DNA from: Alphaproteobacteria bacterium
Lineage (GTDB): Bacteria; Pseudomonadota; Alphaproteobacteria; UBA828
Length of the DNA: 64,000 nucleotides
Direction: 5' to 3'
NCBI GenBank assembly: GCA_965214705.1
Contig: OZ243972.1
Span: 3,328,001-3,392,000, forward strand
Part shown: piece by piece, positions 41,268 to 51,139 of the stretch
How the letters are laid out: each line of letters starts with the position of its first letter
How positions within the stretch are numbered: the first letter of the stretch is position 1
Notes under the pieces: model-generated
Told to the model about the DNA's origin: nothing
The model's database searches: none
What the model saw: only the letters and a program-made list of their open reading frames with translations
Made by a program: the position numbers and the translations under genes

Positions 41268-41719
41268 GACGACGCCCGGCCCAGGCCCGAGGCCACCGCA
41301 ACAATCCGATCGACCGCGCTCTCCACCGGAAGGCGAACGACCACGCCTAGCGCCTCGATCGCCACCGTCCGCTCGGACGTCACGCTATCAACCACCACGG
41401 GAACAAATGGCGGTGCAGAGCCACCAATCCGAGCGCCCGGAAGAGTTCCCTCCCGCGCGCGCCGCCGCCACTTGGTCAGGGTCGTATCGCTGACGCCATG
41501 GCGGCGCGCGACCGCCGCAACCGAAGAGCCCGGCTCAAAGCTCTCCGAGACAATCCGCGCCTTCTCATCGTCCGGCCAGCGTCGCATGGGGGCCGGCTCA
41601 GACGGAGCCGGGGCGGCTCCCTCAGAAGCTGGGATCTCAACCGAAGCAACAGCGACACCGTCGCCAGATGCCAAAATCGAATCTGTCATCGCGATCTCTC
41701 CTGTGTGGCTCGTGGTCAA
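41264..41719 (-). CDS. tnpA: IS66 accessory protein TnpA
   Basis: RRWPDDEKARIVSES, VAAVARRHG HTH. Confidence 0.9.
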   Translation of the reverse strand: MTTSHTGEIAMTDSILASGDGVAVASVEIPASEGAAPAPSEPAPMRRWPDDEKARIVSESFEPGSSVAAVARRHGVSDTTLTKWRRRAREGTLPGARIGGSAPPFVPVVVDSVTSERTVAIEALGVVVRLPVESAVDRIVAVASGLGRASS

Positions 41720-41934
41720 GGCGGAGAGTCAGCCCCGAAATCAGATCCGCTGGAAGTATGGGGGCCCGATACCGCTTACAGCACAACAGCGCGCACGTGC
41801 CCGTCGCCATGGACGGGAAGGACCTGCGCGGCGCGTCCGCGCAGACCGAAGACGGGCGGCGGATGATGGTCGCAGCGGTGGAGCATGACACCGGCGTCGT
41901 CCTCGGGCAGGTCGAGGTCGACGCCAAGAGCAAC

Positions 41935-43600
41935 GTAACTGCCCAGGTCGCTTACTGAGGTGATTCCGGTGTTGGGGAGTTCTTGCCCGGTAGGCTCACG
42001 CGCACTTGACGGTGGCGATGAGCCGATCCGATGGGCTCATCAGGGCTTCGATGATGTTCCAGCCCTGCTTTCTGGCGGTGGTGATCACGCTGCGCAGGAT
42101 GGCGAAGTTCTCGGCCCCCTTTGCGGATCGGAAGCCGCCGGAGATCTTCTGGCGCAGCTTCATCATCCGCAGGTCGCGCTCGGCCTCGTTGTTGGTGAAC
42201 GCCACTTCGGGGTCGGTCAGGAAGCGGAGAACCGCGCATTTTCGATCGCGCAGGCGCAGGGCGAGGTTGTGGCCGATCCGCCGCTTCCTGCGTCCTCGCT
42301 TTCCGGGCTTGGGAGGCGAGAGCGGCGGCTGGCTCTCGTGGAAGGCCAGCGCCTCGGCAATGATCTCGTCGTAGCGGCGCTCGATCAGCGCCACAAGCCT
42401 CGCCGGAACGGCGATATCCTTGTCCTGCGCGATCCGGGCGGCGCGATTGGCCCGGCGCAGGAGCTGCTGCATGCGTCCGGCCCAGCCTTCCCCTTCGATG
42501 TCCACCAGCGCCTGCAACTCCCGCAGGTGGTGGGCGTTGCACAAGCCGTGCTCCACCCCCTCCAACGTGAAGTACGGCTTCCAGTGATCGTGAACGACGA
42601 TGCCGGAAACACCCGAGAGCAGGTCGCCGCGCCTGGCGCTGACCCGGAATGCCGCCAGATGCGGCGTGCAGATCACATGGAGCCACTGCGTCTGCCCGCC
42701 AATCCGGAACCCGGTCTCGTCGAGGTGCTTCACCCGCGCCGTGCCCGCCGCAAGCTCCTGTATGTGGGTGGCAACTCCCCGCAGCCGATCGGCCGCCCTG
42801 TCGCTCATCGCCGCCAGTGTCGCAGCCGTCACCGGCGCGCCGAACAGCTCGGCCATCACCTGCGACAGCCGGTCCTCCGGCAGGAAGTGGGCGTGCTGAA
42901 GGTAGACCGCCACGCCGGCAATGCGCGACCCGTACTGCACCGGCGCCGACACCCCCTCGGGGAACGCTGCACGGGTCAGCGTGCCGCAATGCCCGCAGCA
43001 CTTGGCATGCGCCCGGTGCTCGGTCACCTCCAGCGCATGCGCCTCGGGCAGGTCGAAGACCTGGCGGGCGTGCGACACCCCTGCCGTGGCCGCCGCCGAC
43101 AGGGACGAACCGCATCCCTCGCAGGCAGCCGGAACGTGGTTCTCCACCCGGTCCGGGTGATCCGTGCGGCGCAACGTCTCGCCCTTGTGGCCGGGCTGAC
43201 CGCCCGGCTTGCGCCCCGATTTGCCCCGCTGGCTTTGGGTTCGCCGCTTGGCCCTCGGCTTCTTCAACCCATCGCTCGACGGCGGCCTGGCGCTGTTGCG
43301 ACTGCTCAGTCCGAGACGGCGTTCCAACTCCTCGATACGCTCGACAAGACGCGTGTCTTGTTCCTCCAGCCGCGCAATCTGCTGCCGAAGCCAGGCGTTC
43401 TCCTCCTCCAGGCGAGCGATCTTCTGCTCGGAACTTTCGGGCTGTGCCCCCGTCGAAGGGCCGCGCGGCGACTCGGGATTGGTCATGTCGTTGTTGATTC
43501 ATTTTCCGAAACTCCCGTCAAGCCCTTCGCGTCAATTCCGAGCGAACCGCACCTCAACTCACTGGTCCAAAATGACAAATCAGACAACCTGGGCAGTTAC
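41935..43600 (-). mobile_element. IS66-family single-ORF element (ISBst12-like), 1666 bp
   Basis: TIR GTAACTGCCCAGGT; 8-bp TSD AGAGCAAC. Confidence 0.93.
41996..43486 (-). CDS. IS66 (ISBst12-type) transposase
   Basis: NSARPPSSD, GGQPGHKG, HLDETG, HDHWKPY, CNAHHLREL, TNNEAERDLR. Confidence 0.92.
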   Translation of the reverse strand: MTNPESPRGPSTGAQPESSEQKIARLEEENAWLRQQIARLEEQDTRLVERIEELERRLGLSSRNSARPPSSDGLKKPRAKRRTQSQRGKSGRKPGGQPGHKGETLRRTDHPDRVENHVPAACEGCGSSLSAAATAGVSHARQVFDLPEAHALEVTEHRAHAKCCGHCGTLTRAAFPEGVSAPVQYGSRIAGVAVYLQHAHFLPEDRLSQVMAELFGAPVTAATLAAMSDRAADRLRGVATHIQELAAGTARVKHLDETGFRIGGQTQWLHVICTPHLAAFRVSARRGDLLSGVSGIVVHDHWKPYFTLEGVEHGLCNAHHLRELQALVDIEGEGWAGRMQQLLRRANRAARIAQDKDIAVPARLVALIERRYDEIIAEALAFHESQPPLSPPKPGKRGRRKRRIGHNLALRLRDRKCAVLRFLTDPEVAFTNNEAERDLRMMKLRQKISGGFRSAKGAENFAILRSVITTARKQGWNIIEALMSPSDRLIATVKCA

Positions 43601-44107
43601 AGAGCAACGAAATCCCGGCCGTGCGCGAACTCTCCGGCGGTCTCGACCTCACGGGCCGGATCGTCACCATGGATGCCATGCACGCCCTGCACGAGACCGC
43701 GCGCTGCCTCCTTGGGCGCCGTGCCGACTACGTGGTCAGCGCCGTCAAGGACAACCAGGAGACCATCCTCGAAGACCTCAAGGCGATCGACTTCAGCGAT
43801 GCGGCCTGGCACGAAACCGTCGACAAGGGCCATGGCCGCATCGAGCGCCGGCGCTGCGCCGTCGTCGACCTCTCCGCTGCCGAGTGGGACGGCTACGCCA
43901 ACCTTCACGGGCGGCGCCAGGCGATGTGCATCGAACGTGAGCGCGAGATACTCAAAACCGGCAAGCGCAGCATCGAGGTGACCTGGAGCCTGACCTCGCT
44001 TGGCGCAGAGCGGGCCGGACCCGAGGAGCTGCTCGATCTGGTGCGCAGTAAGCGGTATCGGGCCCCCATACTTCCAGCGGATCTGATTTCGGGGCTGACT
44101 CTCCGCC

Positions 44108-44563
44108 TTGACCACGAGCCACACAGGAGAGATCGCGATGACAGATTCGATTTTGGCATCTGGCGACGGTGTCGCTGTTGCTTCGGTTGAGATCCCAGCT
44201 TCTGAGGGAGCCGCCCCGGCTCCGTCTGAGCCGGCCCCCATGCGACGCTGGCCGGACGATGAGAAGGCGCGGATTGTCTCGGAGAGCTTTGAGCCGGGCT
44301 CTTCGGTTGCGGCGGTCGCGCGCCGCCATGGCGTCAGCGATACGACCCTGACCAAGTGGCGGCGGCGCGCGCGGGAGGGAACTCTTCCGGGCGCTCGGAT
44401 TGGTGGCTCTGCACCGCCATTTGTTCCCGTGGTGGTTGATAGCGTGACGTCCGAGCGGACGGTGGCGATCGAGGCGCTAGGCGTGGTCGTTCGCCTTCCG
44501 GTGGAGAGCGCGGTCGATCGGATTGTTGCGGTGGCCTCGGGCCTGGGCCGGGCGTCGTCATGA
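44108..44563 (+). CDS. tnpA: IS66 TnpA
   Basis: Identical translation to 41264-41719. Confidence 0.9.
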   Translation: MTTSHTGEIAMTDSILASGDGVAVASVEIPASEGAAPAPSEPAPMRRWPDDEKARIVSESFEPGSSVAAVARRHGVSDTTLTKWRRRAREGTLPGARIGGSAPPFVPVVVDSVTSERTVAIEALGVVVRLPVESAVDRIVAVASGLGRASS

Positions 44564-44910
44564 TCGCGGCCCCCTCGCTTCGCATCGTGTTGGCGACGCG
44601 GCCGGTTGATTTTCGTCGCGGCCACGACGCGCTTGCGGCGACGGCGGCGGGGGAGCTGGACCTCGATATCTATTCCGGGGTGATCGTGATCTTCCGCTCG
44701 CGCCGCGGCGACAGGCTCAAGCTCCTTGCGTGGGACGGCAGCGGTCTGGTGATGACCTACAAGCGTCTGGAGCAGGGCCGCTTCGCCTGGCCTCGGATCG
44801 AGGATGGTGTGATGCGCCTTACGAAGGGCCAGTTCGAGGCCCTCTTCGAGGGTCTGGACTGGCGCCGGGTGAAGGCCCGCCCGGTTCGCCGCCCGCTGGC
44901 GGCGGAGTGA
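44560..44910 (+). CDS. tnpB: IS66 TnpB
   Basis: Identical translation to 40917-41267. Confidence 0.93.
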   Translation: MIAAPSLRIVLATRPVDFRRGHDALAATAAGELDLDIYSGVIVIFRSRRGDRLKLLAWDGSGLVMTYKRLEQGRFAWPRIEDGVMRLTKGQFEALFEGLDWRRVKARPVRRPLAAE

Positions 44911-45003
44911 GGCGGCACGCAGGCGGGGCCGCAGATTTCGGTCGCGGTCCCGCCTGCACTTTTCCCTGGTCATGCATTGGCGAATCGGATTAAGGGGTGG
45001 CCC

Positions 45004-46719
45004 ATGCCGAAGGTCACGCCCTCACCCCTCAGCAGCGCCGGTTCGCCGTCGCCTGCGGTGGTTTCGGCGGCGCTGGCGGCCCTGCATGCGGAGCTTGACG
45101 ACGAGCGCGCGGCGCGCCGGGCGACGGAAGCAGCCCTATGCGAAGCGGAGCAGGCACGCGGCGCGGCGGAGGCGGCGAGGCAGACGGCGGAAGCGCGGGC
45201 GGCACGGCTGGAGGCCGAGAACGCGCAGAGCGCGGAGCAGATCAGCCGGCTTGAGCATCTCAACAAGGAGCTCAGGAAGGCGCTGTTCGGTCCGCGCTCC
45301 GAGAAGCTCGGCGAGGACGAGCGCCAGCTTACGTTCGAGGAGTTTTGGGCGGCGATCGCTGAAGCCGGCGGTCGGCCCGAGGCAGATGACCAGGAGCAGG
45401 ACGAGGGGGCTGGCGGCAAGCGCCGGCGGCGCTCTTCCCGGGGGTCGCGCAGCGGGGTGCGCTTCGGGCCCCAGGTCGACCGGCGCGAGGAGGTGATCGA
45501 GCCGGACACGATCATGTGCCCCTGCGGCTGCGGCGAGATGACGAAGATCGGCGAGGACCGCAGCGAGCGGCTGGACTATGAGCCGGCGAAGTTCACCGTC
45601 ATCGAGACCGTGCGCCCCCGCTACGCCTGCAACAAGTGCAAGGGGGGCGGGGTGGTGCAGTCGCCGGCGCCGGCCGCTCTGGTCGAGGGCGGCCTTCCCA
45701 CCGAGGCTCTTCTGGCGCAGGTGCTGATCGCGAAGTACGGCGATCATTGCCCGCTCTATCGCCAGTCGCAGATCTACGAGCGCTCGGGGATCGAGGTTCA
45801 CCGTGCGACGCTGGCGACGTGGGTGGGCCAGGCGTCGTTTCACCTGCGCCCCGTGGTCGCTTGCCTGGAGGATGAGCTGAAGAAGTCGGATCACCTGGGT
45901 CTGGACGAGACCACGATCCGCGTTCTCGACCCGGGCCGGGGCAAGACGAAGACGGGCTACATGTGGACCCTTGTGCGTGACGAGCGCCACTGGAGCGGCA
46001 CGGACCCGCCGGGCGTCGTCTATCGCTATGCGCCCGGCCGCGGCGGCAAGTATGGCGCCGAGCTTATGGAGGGCTTTTCGGGGACGGTGCAGCTCGACGG
46101 CTACTCGGGCCACAACATCCTGGCGCGGCCGGACCGGGCGGAAGGCCCTGTGACGCGGGCCCTCTGTTGGGCGCATGTAAGACGGAAGCTGAAAGAGGTA
46201 TACGACTCGAGCGCATCGCCGATCGCGCTGGCCGGTCTGAATCGGATCGCGAAGCTCTATGCGATCGAGAAGAAGATCCGGGGCAAGCCGCCGGCGGAGC
46301 GCCGCGCGATCCGTTGGGAGGAGTCGGCGCCGATCGTGAACACCTTCGGTGTCTGGCTCGACGAGCAGCGCTCGCGCGTCTCACCGCGCTCGCGTCTCGG
46401 CGAGAAGCTGACCTATATCGCCAACCAGTGGGACGGGCTGCTGGAGTTCCTGCACGACGGTCGTGTCGAGATCGACTCGAACCTGGTGGAAAACCGAATC
46501 CGGCCGCTGAAGCTCACCGCCAAGAACGCGCTCTTCGCCGGCAACGACGAGGGTGCGCAAGCCTGGGCCCGCATCGCCTCGCTGATCGAGACCTGCAAGA
46601 TGAACGGCGTCGAGCCCTACGCCTGGATGCGGAGCACGCTCGAGAAGATCGCCAAGGGCCACCCGCAGTCGGGCATCCAGGAGCTTCTGCCGTGGAACTT
46701 CCAGCCCGAGGCAAAATGA
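45004..46719 (+). CDS. tnpC: IS66 transposase TnpC
   Basis: Identical translation to copy A. Confidence 0.93.
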   Translation: MPKVTPSPLSSAGSPSPAVVSAALAALHAELDDERAARRATEAALCEAEQARGAAEAARQTAEARAARLEAENAQSAEQISRLEHLNKELRKALFGPRSEKLGEDERQLTFEEFWAAIAEAGGRPEADDQEQDEGAGGKRRRRSSRGSRSGVRFGPQVDRREEVIEPDTIMCPCGCGEMTKIGEDRSERLDYEPAKFTVIETVRPRYACNKCKGGGVVQSPAPAALVEGGLPTEALLAQVLIAKYGDHCPLYRQSQIYERSGIEVHRATLATWVGQASFHLRPVVACLEDELKKSDHLGLDETTIRVLDPGRGKTKTGYMWTLVRDERHWSGTDPPGVVYRYAPGRGGKYGAELMEGFSGTVQLDGYSGHNILARPDRAEGPVTRALCWAHVRRKLKEVYDSSASPIALAGLNRIAKLYAIEKKIRGKPPAERRAIRWEESAPIVNTFGVWLDEQRSRVSPRSRLGEKLTYIANQWDGLLEFLHDGRVEIDSNLVENRIRPLKLTAKNALFAGNDEGAQAWARIASLIETCKMNGVEPYAWMRSTLEKIAKGHPQSGIQELLPWNFQPEAK

Positions 46720-47594
46720 CTCGCGCGCTCACGGCGCTCCTCAAGAAATCCCCGTCGTAGTCAAGCCAGATTCCGGTATGGGGTCTGCGTACCGCTTACG
46801 GTGCGCAACCACTGGCACATCGAGAACCGGCTCCACTATGTGCGTGACTTCACCTACGACGAAGACCGTTGCCGGGCATACGTGCGACACCTGCCCAGAA
46901 ATCTGGCCTGCTTGAGCAATGCGGCCATCGCCATCGTGCGCTACGACGGCCGCTTCCGCTACATACCCGAGGCCAACCGGCACTACGCCGCCCGCGCCCA
47001 GGAGGCCCTCGACGCGATCATGATCGCGCCCATCGGCTGATACCGCCCCCCACCGACACGCATGCACGTGCCGCAGGGCGGCGCGGCGAAACCGCTCCGC
47101 CCGTCCAGGCCGAAAACGCCGCCCGACCGCTTCGAGCAACCACCGTGACGTCGGTCAGGCAGGCTCGGGGCTCCCCCAAACCACCAGCAGCGCGCGCGAT
47201 CTCACTCATCCCGAGCCCGCAGCGCGACTAAAAATTGTTCCTGGCCGAGGGTTATCTGGCGGCGGCGGAACAGCACGTAGAGGCGTACAGGGTGCTCGAA
47301 CGTCATGCCGGCGAGCGCGGCGTTCCCGTTGCCCGTCCCGACGCCTGGCCCCGGTGGCGCGAAACGGCCGAGCTGTTGGCGGACACCGGCAATGCCGTCC
47401 TCGCCAACGACGAGAGGTACGGCGCATATCTCGACGCGATCGCCGCCGGAAAGCCGCGCGCTCGCTTGACGGTCGAGCAGCTGCGCAACCGGCTCGACGA
47501 GAATCGCACGCGTGCGGCGAAGCCAGAGGCGCCGGTGACCCGGCGCGAGCCAAAGCCGGGGGAGCACGTGGGATTCGCGCACCTCAGGAGATCG

Positions 47595-47933
47595 ATGATG
47601 ATCGAGAAAGCGGCCAGTGCGGCGAAGGGTAGCGCGCTTCGCCAGCGGATGATGGATCAGATGCGCATTGCCAATCTGGCCGAGAGCACGCAGAGCGCCT
47701 ACATCTTCGAGATCGACCGGCTGGCCAGGCACTACGGCGCTTCGCCGGCCGGTCTGGACGGCGAGCAGCTGCGCGGCTTTATCCTGACGCTGATCGACCG
47801 GGGTCTCAGCCCGTCTTCGACCAACTCCACGCTCGCGGCCTTCAGGTTTCTCTATGTCGAGACGCTGGGCTGCCCCGAACGCGTGGCCGGGCTACGCAAT
47901 CGCAAGAAGCCGCAGGCGCTGCCGCGCCACATA
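47595..47933 (+). pseudogene. N-terminal SAM-like part of a site-specific integrase
   Basis: LRQRMMDQMRIANLAESTQSAY..AFRFLY..RKKPQALP, cut off by IS-end remnants. Confidence 0.75.
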
Positions 47934-47975
47934 TGTGGGGTGCCGGATCGCTGGACACTTTACGGGCAATCCATT

Positions 47976-48090
47976 GTAAGCGGTACCCAGATCGCCTACT
48001 GGAATCTGGATTGGCCGACTTCGACTTCGCTGGCTCGCCGGTCAACCAGCCCCTGATTCCGGAACTCGCTACGGGCGGCTTCCTCGAACC
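47976..48090 (+). pseudogene. IS66-like end fused to an IS21 IstB remnant
   Basis: GTAAGCGGTACCCAGA..GGAATCTGG followed by DFDFAGSPVNQPLIPELATGGFL. Confidence 0.6.
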
Positions 48091-48262
48091 TCTGCGCGAG
48101 GCAGCCCCGTCGCTCGCGCCCGGGACGACCCCCACGATCGCTTATGGGTCGGCAAGGAAAACAATATTGGAATCTCCCATCCCCACAGACGAAATCGAGG
48201 AGAACCGCCCTCGCAGTGAACGTCGCTGTTCCTGCGAAAACATGGAAGCAGGGGATGAGACC

Positions 48263-48448
48263 ATGAGGATTGCATCCGTTCTTCGGAGGCTCCGAAAGTG
48301 GCATGAAGACAGCCTTACAAGGAAAACGCTCTCTCGCTTGAGCGATCGCGACCTCGCCGACATCGGCCTCTTGCGGAGCGACGTCGATCCGGGATTGATC
48401 GGCGATGCCGAGCGCGCAAGACGGAACCGCTGGTACGGCGAATGGTAA
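48263..48448 (+). CDS. DUF1127 (YjiS-like) small protein
   Basis: TRKTLSRLSDRDLADIGLLRSDV. Confidence 0.85.
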   Translation: MRIASVLRRLRKWHEDSLTRKTLSRLSDRDLADIGLLRSDVDPGLIGDAERARRNRWYGEW

Positions 48449-48587
48449 CTTGAGGGCGACAGAGCCACTTGCAGAATTCCGCATTTGAGCGGGATTTTGC
48501 CGCCGTGGCGGTCAGATTGTCCTGGAAATCGGGACCGCTCTCTGTTCCTGTCGGGTTTCGGACAACGTCGACGGAGAGGGCGGCCCC

Positions 48588-48815
48588 ATGTCGCTGGGAC
48601 AGACACTATCCGGATTCTGGCATCACATTCAAGCGGGTCTTTTCCCGTGGCTTGAGGAGGAGCTCGGGCCGCTCGGCGAGAGGTACCGGCGCTTCGTCAC
48701 CGTGCTTGAGCTTGCGCGGGTCGAGAGCTTCCTTCCCCATTTCCATGGCCTGCCCGGTCGGCCGGTCGAGGATCGGGCGGCCTTGGCCCGCGCCTTCATC
48801 GCCAAGGCGGCGTGG
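48588..48815 (+). pseudogene. Transposase N-terminal remnant (IS1182/IS5-like)
   Basis: IQAGLFPWLEEELGPL..GRPVEDRAALARAFIAKA, then homology appears to break off. Confidence 0.7.
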
Positions 48816-49245
48816 TCCTTAGTTCGATATTACTGGAGTGCGTCAGGTAGTGGAGTGGATCGTTTTCTCTCCTGCATCACTAGTGTCCCAACGTTTTCGA
48901 AGCTGGTGCGGTTAACAGATTGATATTCGTTCGAGAAATCCTGTTCAAGGGAGTCACCGACTTGAGATCGTAGCGCCGGGGGTGTAATTCTCGTATGGCG
49001 ATGATTGACTCTGCTTGATCCATGAGTTCCTGCGGTGCGGAGCATCCTCACCTCCCGGTCACGCCCACTGTCGTGACAAAATCCTGCCCTGGAACGGGCG
49101 ATTGTCACGAAACTACGATTTCGCCTGTTTGCCTCGACCCATGAACCGCGTTGTATCAATGGCTTACGATTGCCATACGAGAACTACACCCAGCGCCGGT
49201 CCGGCACGCTTTTCCTGTCCAACATGTATCAGGAGAGGATGGCCG

Positions 49246-49371
49246 ATGTATTCCGGCAAGCTGGTCTTCGCGCAAATCATGGAACACCTACCCTGGCACA
49301 GTTTCCGTCGCTGCGTGGCCCGTTACAACGGAAACCGCAAGATCAAGTCGTTCACCTGCGCGGATCAGTGA
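49246..49371 (+). pseudogene. IS4 (DUF4372-type) transposase remnant cut by an IS3-like IR
   Basis: MYSGKLVFAQIMEHLP..KSFTCADQ, then TGAGGTGGCCCCGGAAAATCGGACAG. Confidence 0.75.
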
Positions 49372-49761
49372 GGTGGCCCCGGAAAATCGGACAGCGATGG
49401 TGTGCACTTACATTAGCGAATATCTGGCGAGCGCACCGTGACGTAGGGTTGCAGTTTCCTCCTGTATGTTGGTTATCATACAGTGGGTTATGGTTGACGT
49501 CAAGAACGGTTGGGCCGAGCCTGGAGAACACATTGGCTGATCTTGTGTCACTGGGTCGTTGCATTCGGGGAAACAGGTTGTGGAGTTTTCCGTGGAGCGC
49601 TGGTATGGTCTTGGCATCCAATGTGGCTCGCTATGTAAGGACATAATAGAGACATAGGATCGTGGCTATGATGAATTCCATAGGAATATCATGACACAGT
49701 CTACGTCGTCATGCAGCTGCGTGTCGCAGTCTCCACAGGCCTTGCCGGACGGATGGCCGCG

Positions 49762-49938
49762 ATGAGGGAGGACGCCGGCGGACGCCGCCAGCGCGCGGTG
49801 ATGGCGACCGATGCGGAGTGGGAGCGAGTCGGCCGGGCGGCGGCGGCGAGCGGCATGGACCTGTCGCGCTTCGTGATCCATCGCGCCCTGGACCGGGACC
49901 CTCTGCCGCCGGAGGCGCCTTCGACGTGCTCTTTGTAG
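49762..49938 (+). pseudogene. Truncated RHH/MobC-like gene (copy B)
   Basis: RRQRAVMATDAEWERVGRAAAASGMDLSRFVIHRALDRDPLP; matches the N-terminal half of 62817-63215. Confidence 0.72.
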
Positions 49939-49974
49939 CCTCCAGCCCGCGGTGCCCCGGCTTGCCGCATTGCC

Positions 49975-50847
49975 TCACTCCGTTTCAACCTCGATCAGCA
50001 GCCGACAGTGGTCGCTTGGTCCCCATTCGTGGGGCCTGTTGAGCGCGCACACCGTTACCCTCTCATGGAACCCGCGCGAGGCGATGGCATAGTCGAACTG
50101 GCGGTTGGCCTCTTCCGGAGGGCGCCCGTTCCGTACCCACGTCGGCACGTTCTTCGTATCCGCCGGCACATCGGGTTGAGGCCCGGGAGGCTGCCATCCG
50201 TCCGGCGCCTGCGGGCCCAGGAACTCAAGGCCCAGCGTCGCCACCCGGTCCCAGAACGCCTTCTCGCGCTCGGGCAGCGCCAGGGTATTGCCCGTCGCGC
50301 CATAGATCATGTTCAGATCGCCCGCCGCGAGAATGCGGTGTCGGGACGGATCCTCGTGGCCGATGAAGGCCGAGATGTCGGAGAGGATGCGATGCGCGGA
50401 CACGTCGGGCGCGCCGACCCGCCACGGCGTGCCTGTCGACGGGTGAGGCTTCATGTACCGCGCATACATGGAGACCGCGATGAACGCGTCCTCCTTCGGC
50501 CGGCCGCGCGGCGTCACGCTGGCGGCTGCGACGGTTCCGATGCCGCTCACGGCAATGTCATGCTCGCCCAACTCGCTGATCGGCGGGACCGCCCTGAACC
50601 ATTCGACCTCCACCCGGTCGGACAGCTGCACGACGAGCGGCCAGCGGTCATAGAGCGGGCGGCCTTCGTATTGCTCGTGCCTCCAGAACTCGTCGCTCCC
50701 GCATGGAACGGGATGGGCCAGATCGGGGGGCGGATTCCCTGCCTCCTGCAACAGCGCGACATCGGCTTCGCCCCGGCGCGCCATCTCGACCAGCACGTGC
50801 CACGGCGGCCATTTCTTGAAGATATTCCAACTCACGACCCTGATCAT
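49975..50847 (-). CDS. Endonuclease/exonuclease/phosphatase family protein
   Basis: VVSWNI, ALLQEA, AGDLN, FDY, SDHC. Confidence 0.88.
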   Translation of the reverse strand: MIRVVSWNIFKKWPPWHVLVEMARRGEADVALLQEAGNPPPDLAHPVPCGSDEFWRHEQYEGRPLYDRWPLVVQLSDRVEVEWFRAVPPISELGEHDIAVSGIGTVAAASVTPRGRPKEDAFIAVSMYARYMKPHPSTGTPWRVGAPDVSAHRILSDISAFIGHEDPSRHRILAAGDLNMIYGATGNTLALPEREKAFWDRVATLGLEFLGPQAPDGWQPPGPQPDVPADTKNVPTWVRNGRPPEEANRQFDYAIASRGFHERVTVCALNRPHEWGPSDHCRLLIEVETE

Positions 50848-51139
50848 TCGGCCAAGCCCCTTCGTGCGAATGGAGGCGCTCCATGTTCAGCCACGCGCGC
50901 GGAGCGCACTATGCGGCGCTCGCTCGGTCGTTACACTGCGTTTCACGGTCGCGCTGGTGTGGCCTTTGCCTCTCCAGGACGCAGCACCTCGATCAGCACC
51001 GACGCCAGTTCGGTACGCTTTACGCCGAACCGAAATCCTGAGTCAGGCATTTTCCGCCATGAATTGTTTGCCTCTCTTCGTGCCTTGGTTCACTTCCGTC
51101 AGCCATCTATAGTGCATCCATCCGGTTATTGGCGCGCGG

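Larger units (their letters stand above)
39028..41779 (-). mobile_element. IS66-family element, copy A (2752 bp)
   Basis: GTAAGCGGTA..TACCGCTTAC ends; 8-bp TSD AGCACAAC. Confidence 0.95.
44048..46799 (+). mobile_element. IS66-family element, copy B (same as copy A, inverted)
   Basis: Same ends, length and ORF translations; 8-bp TSD GGTGCGCA. Confidence 0.95.
38059..47040 (+). pseudogene. DUF4338-like::ISAs1 DDE transposase in four pieces
   Basis: 38059-39027 + 41788-41934 + 43609-44047 + 46808-47040 = 1788 nt in frame (595 aa); motifs ANNSRF, AETFVD, GTCYRASNW, MDGKDLRG, KSNEIPA, MDAMH, VKDNQ, HWHIENRLHYVRD. Confidence 0.88.
37972..47243 (+). mobile_element. ISAs1-family IS (2078 bp when reconstructed) carrying three nested ISs
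   Basis: Ends CAGGGCGAATTTATTGTC / GACTAAAAATTGTTCCTG; 10-bp TSD GCCGAGGGTT at 37962-37971 and 47244-47253. Confidence 0.92.
35386..47590 (+). pseudogene. traA: TraA-like relaxase/helicase remnant (RecD-like helicase), frameshifted and interrupted by ISAs1
   Basis: EGAAGSGKTT, VVDEAGM, GDTRQ, YAMTIASAQG; N-terminal relaxase domain missing; frame change near 37150; resumes after the TSD at 47254 (EIAEG|YLAAAEQ). Confidence 0.8.

Noticed and set aside
39028-46799. IS66 composite transposon inserted as one unit
   Set aside because: Each IS66 has its own distinct TSD pair.
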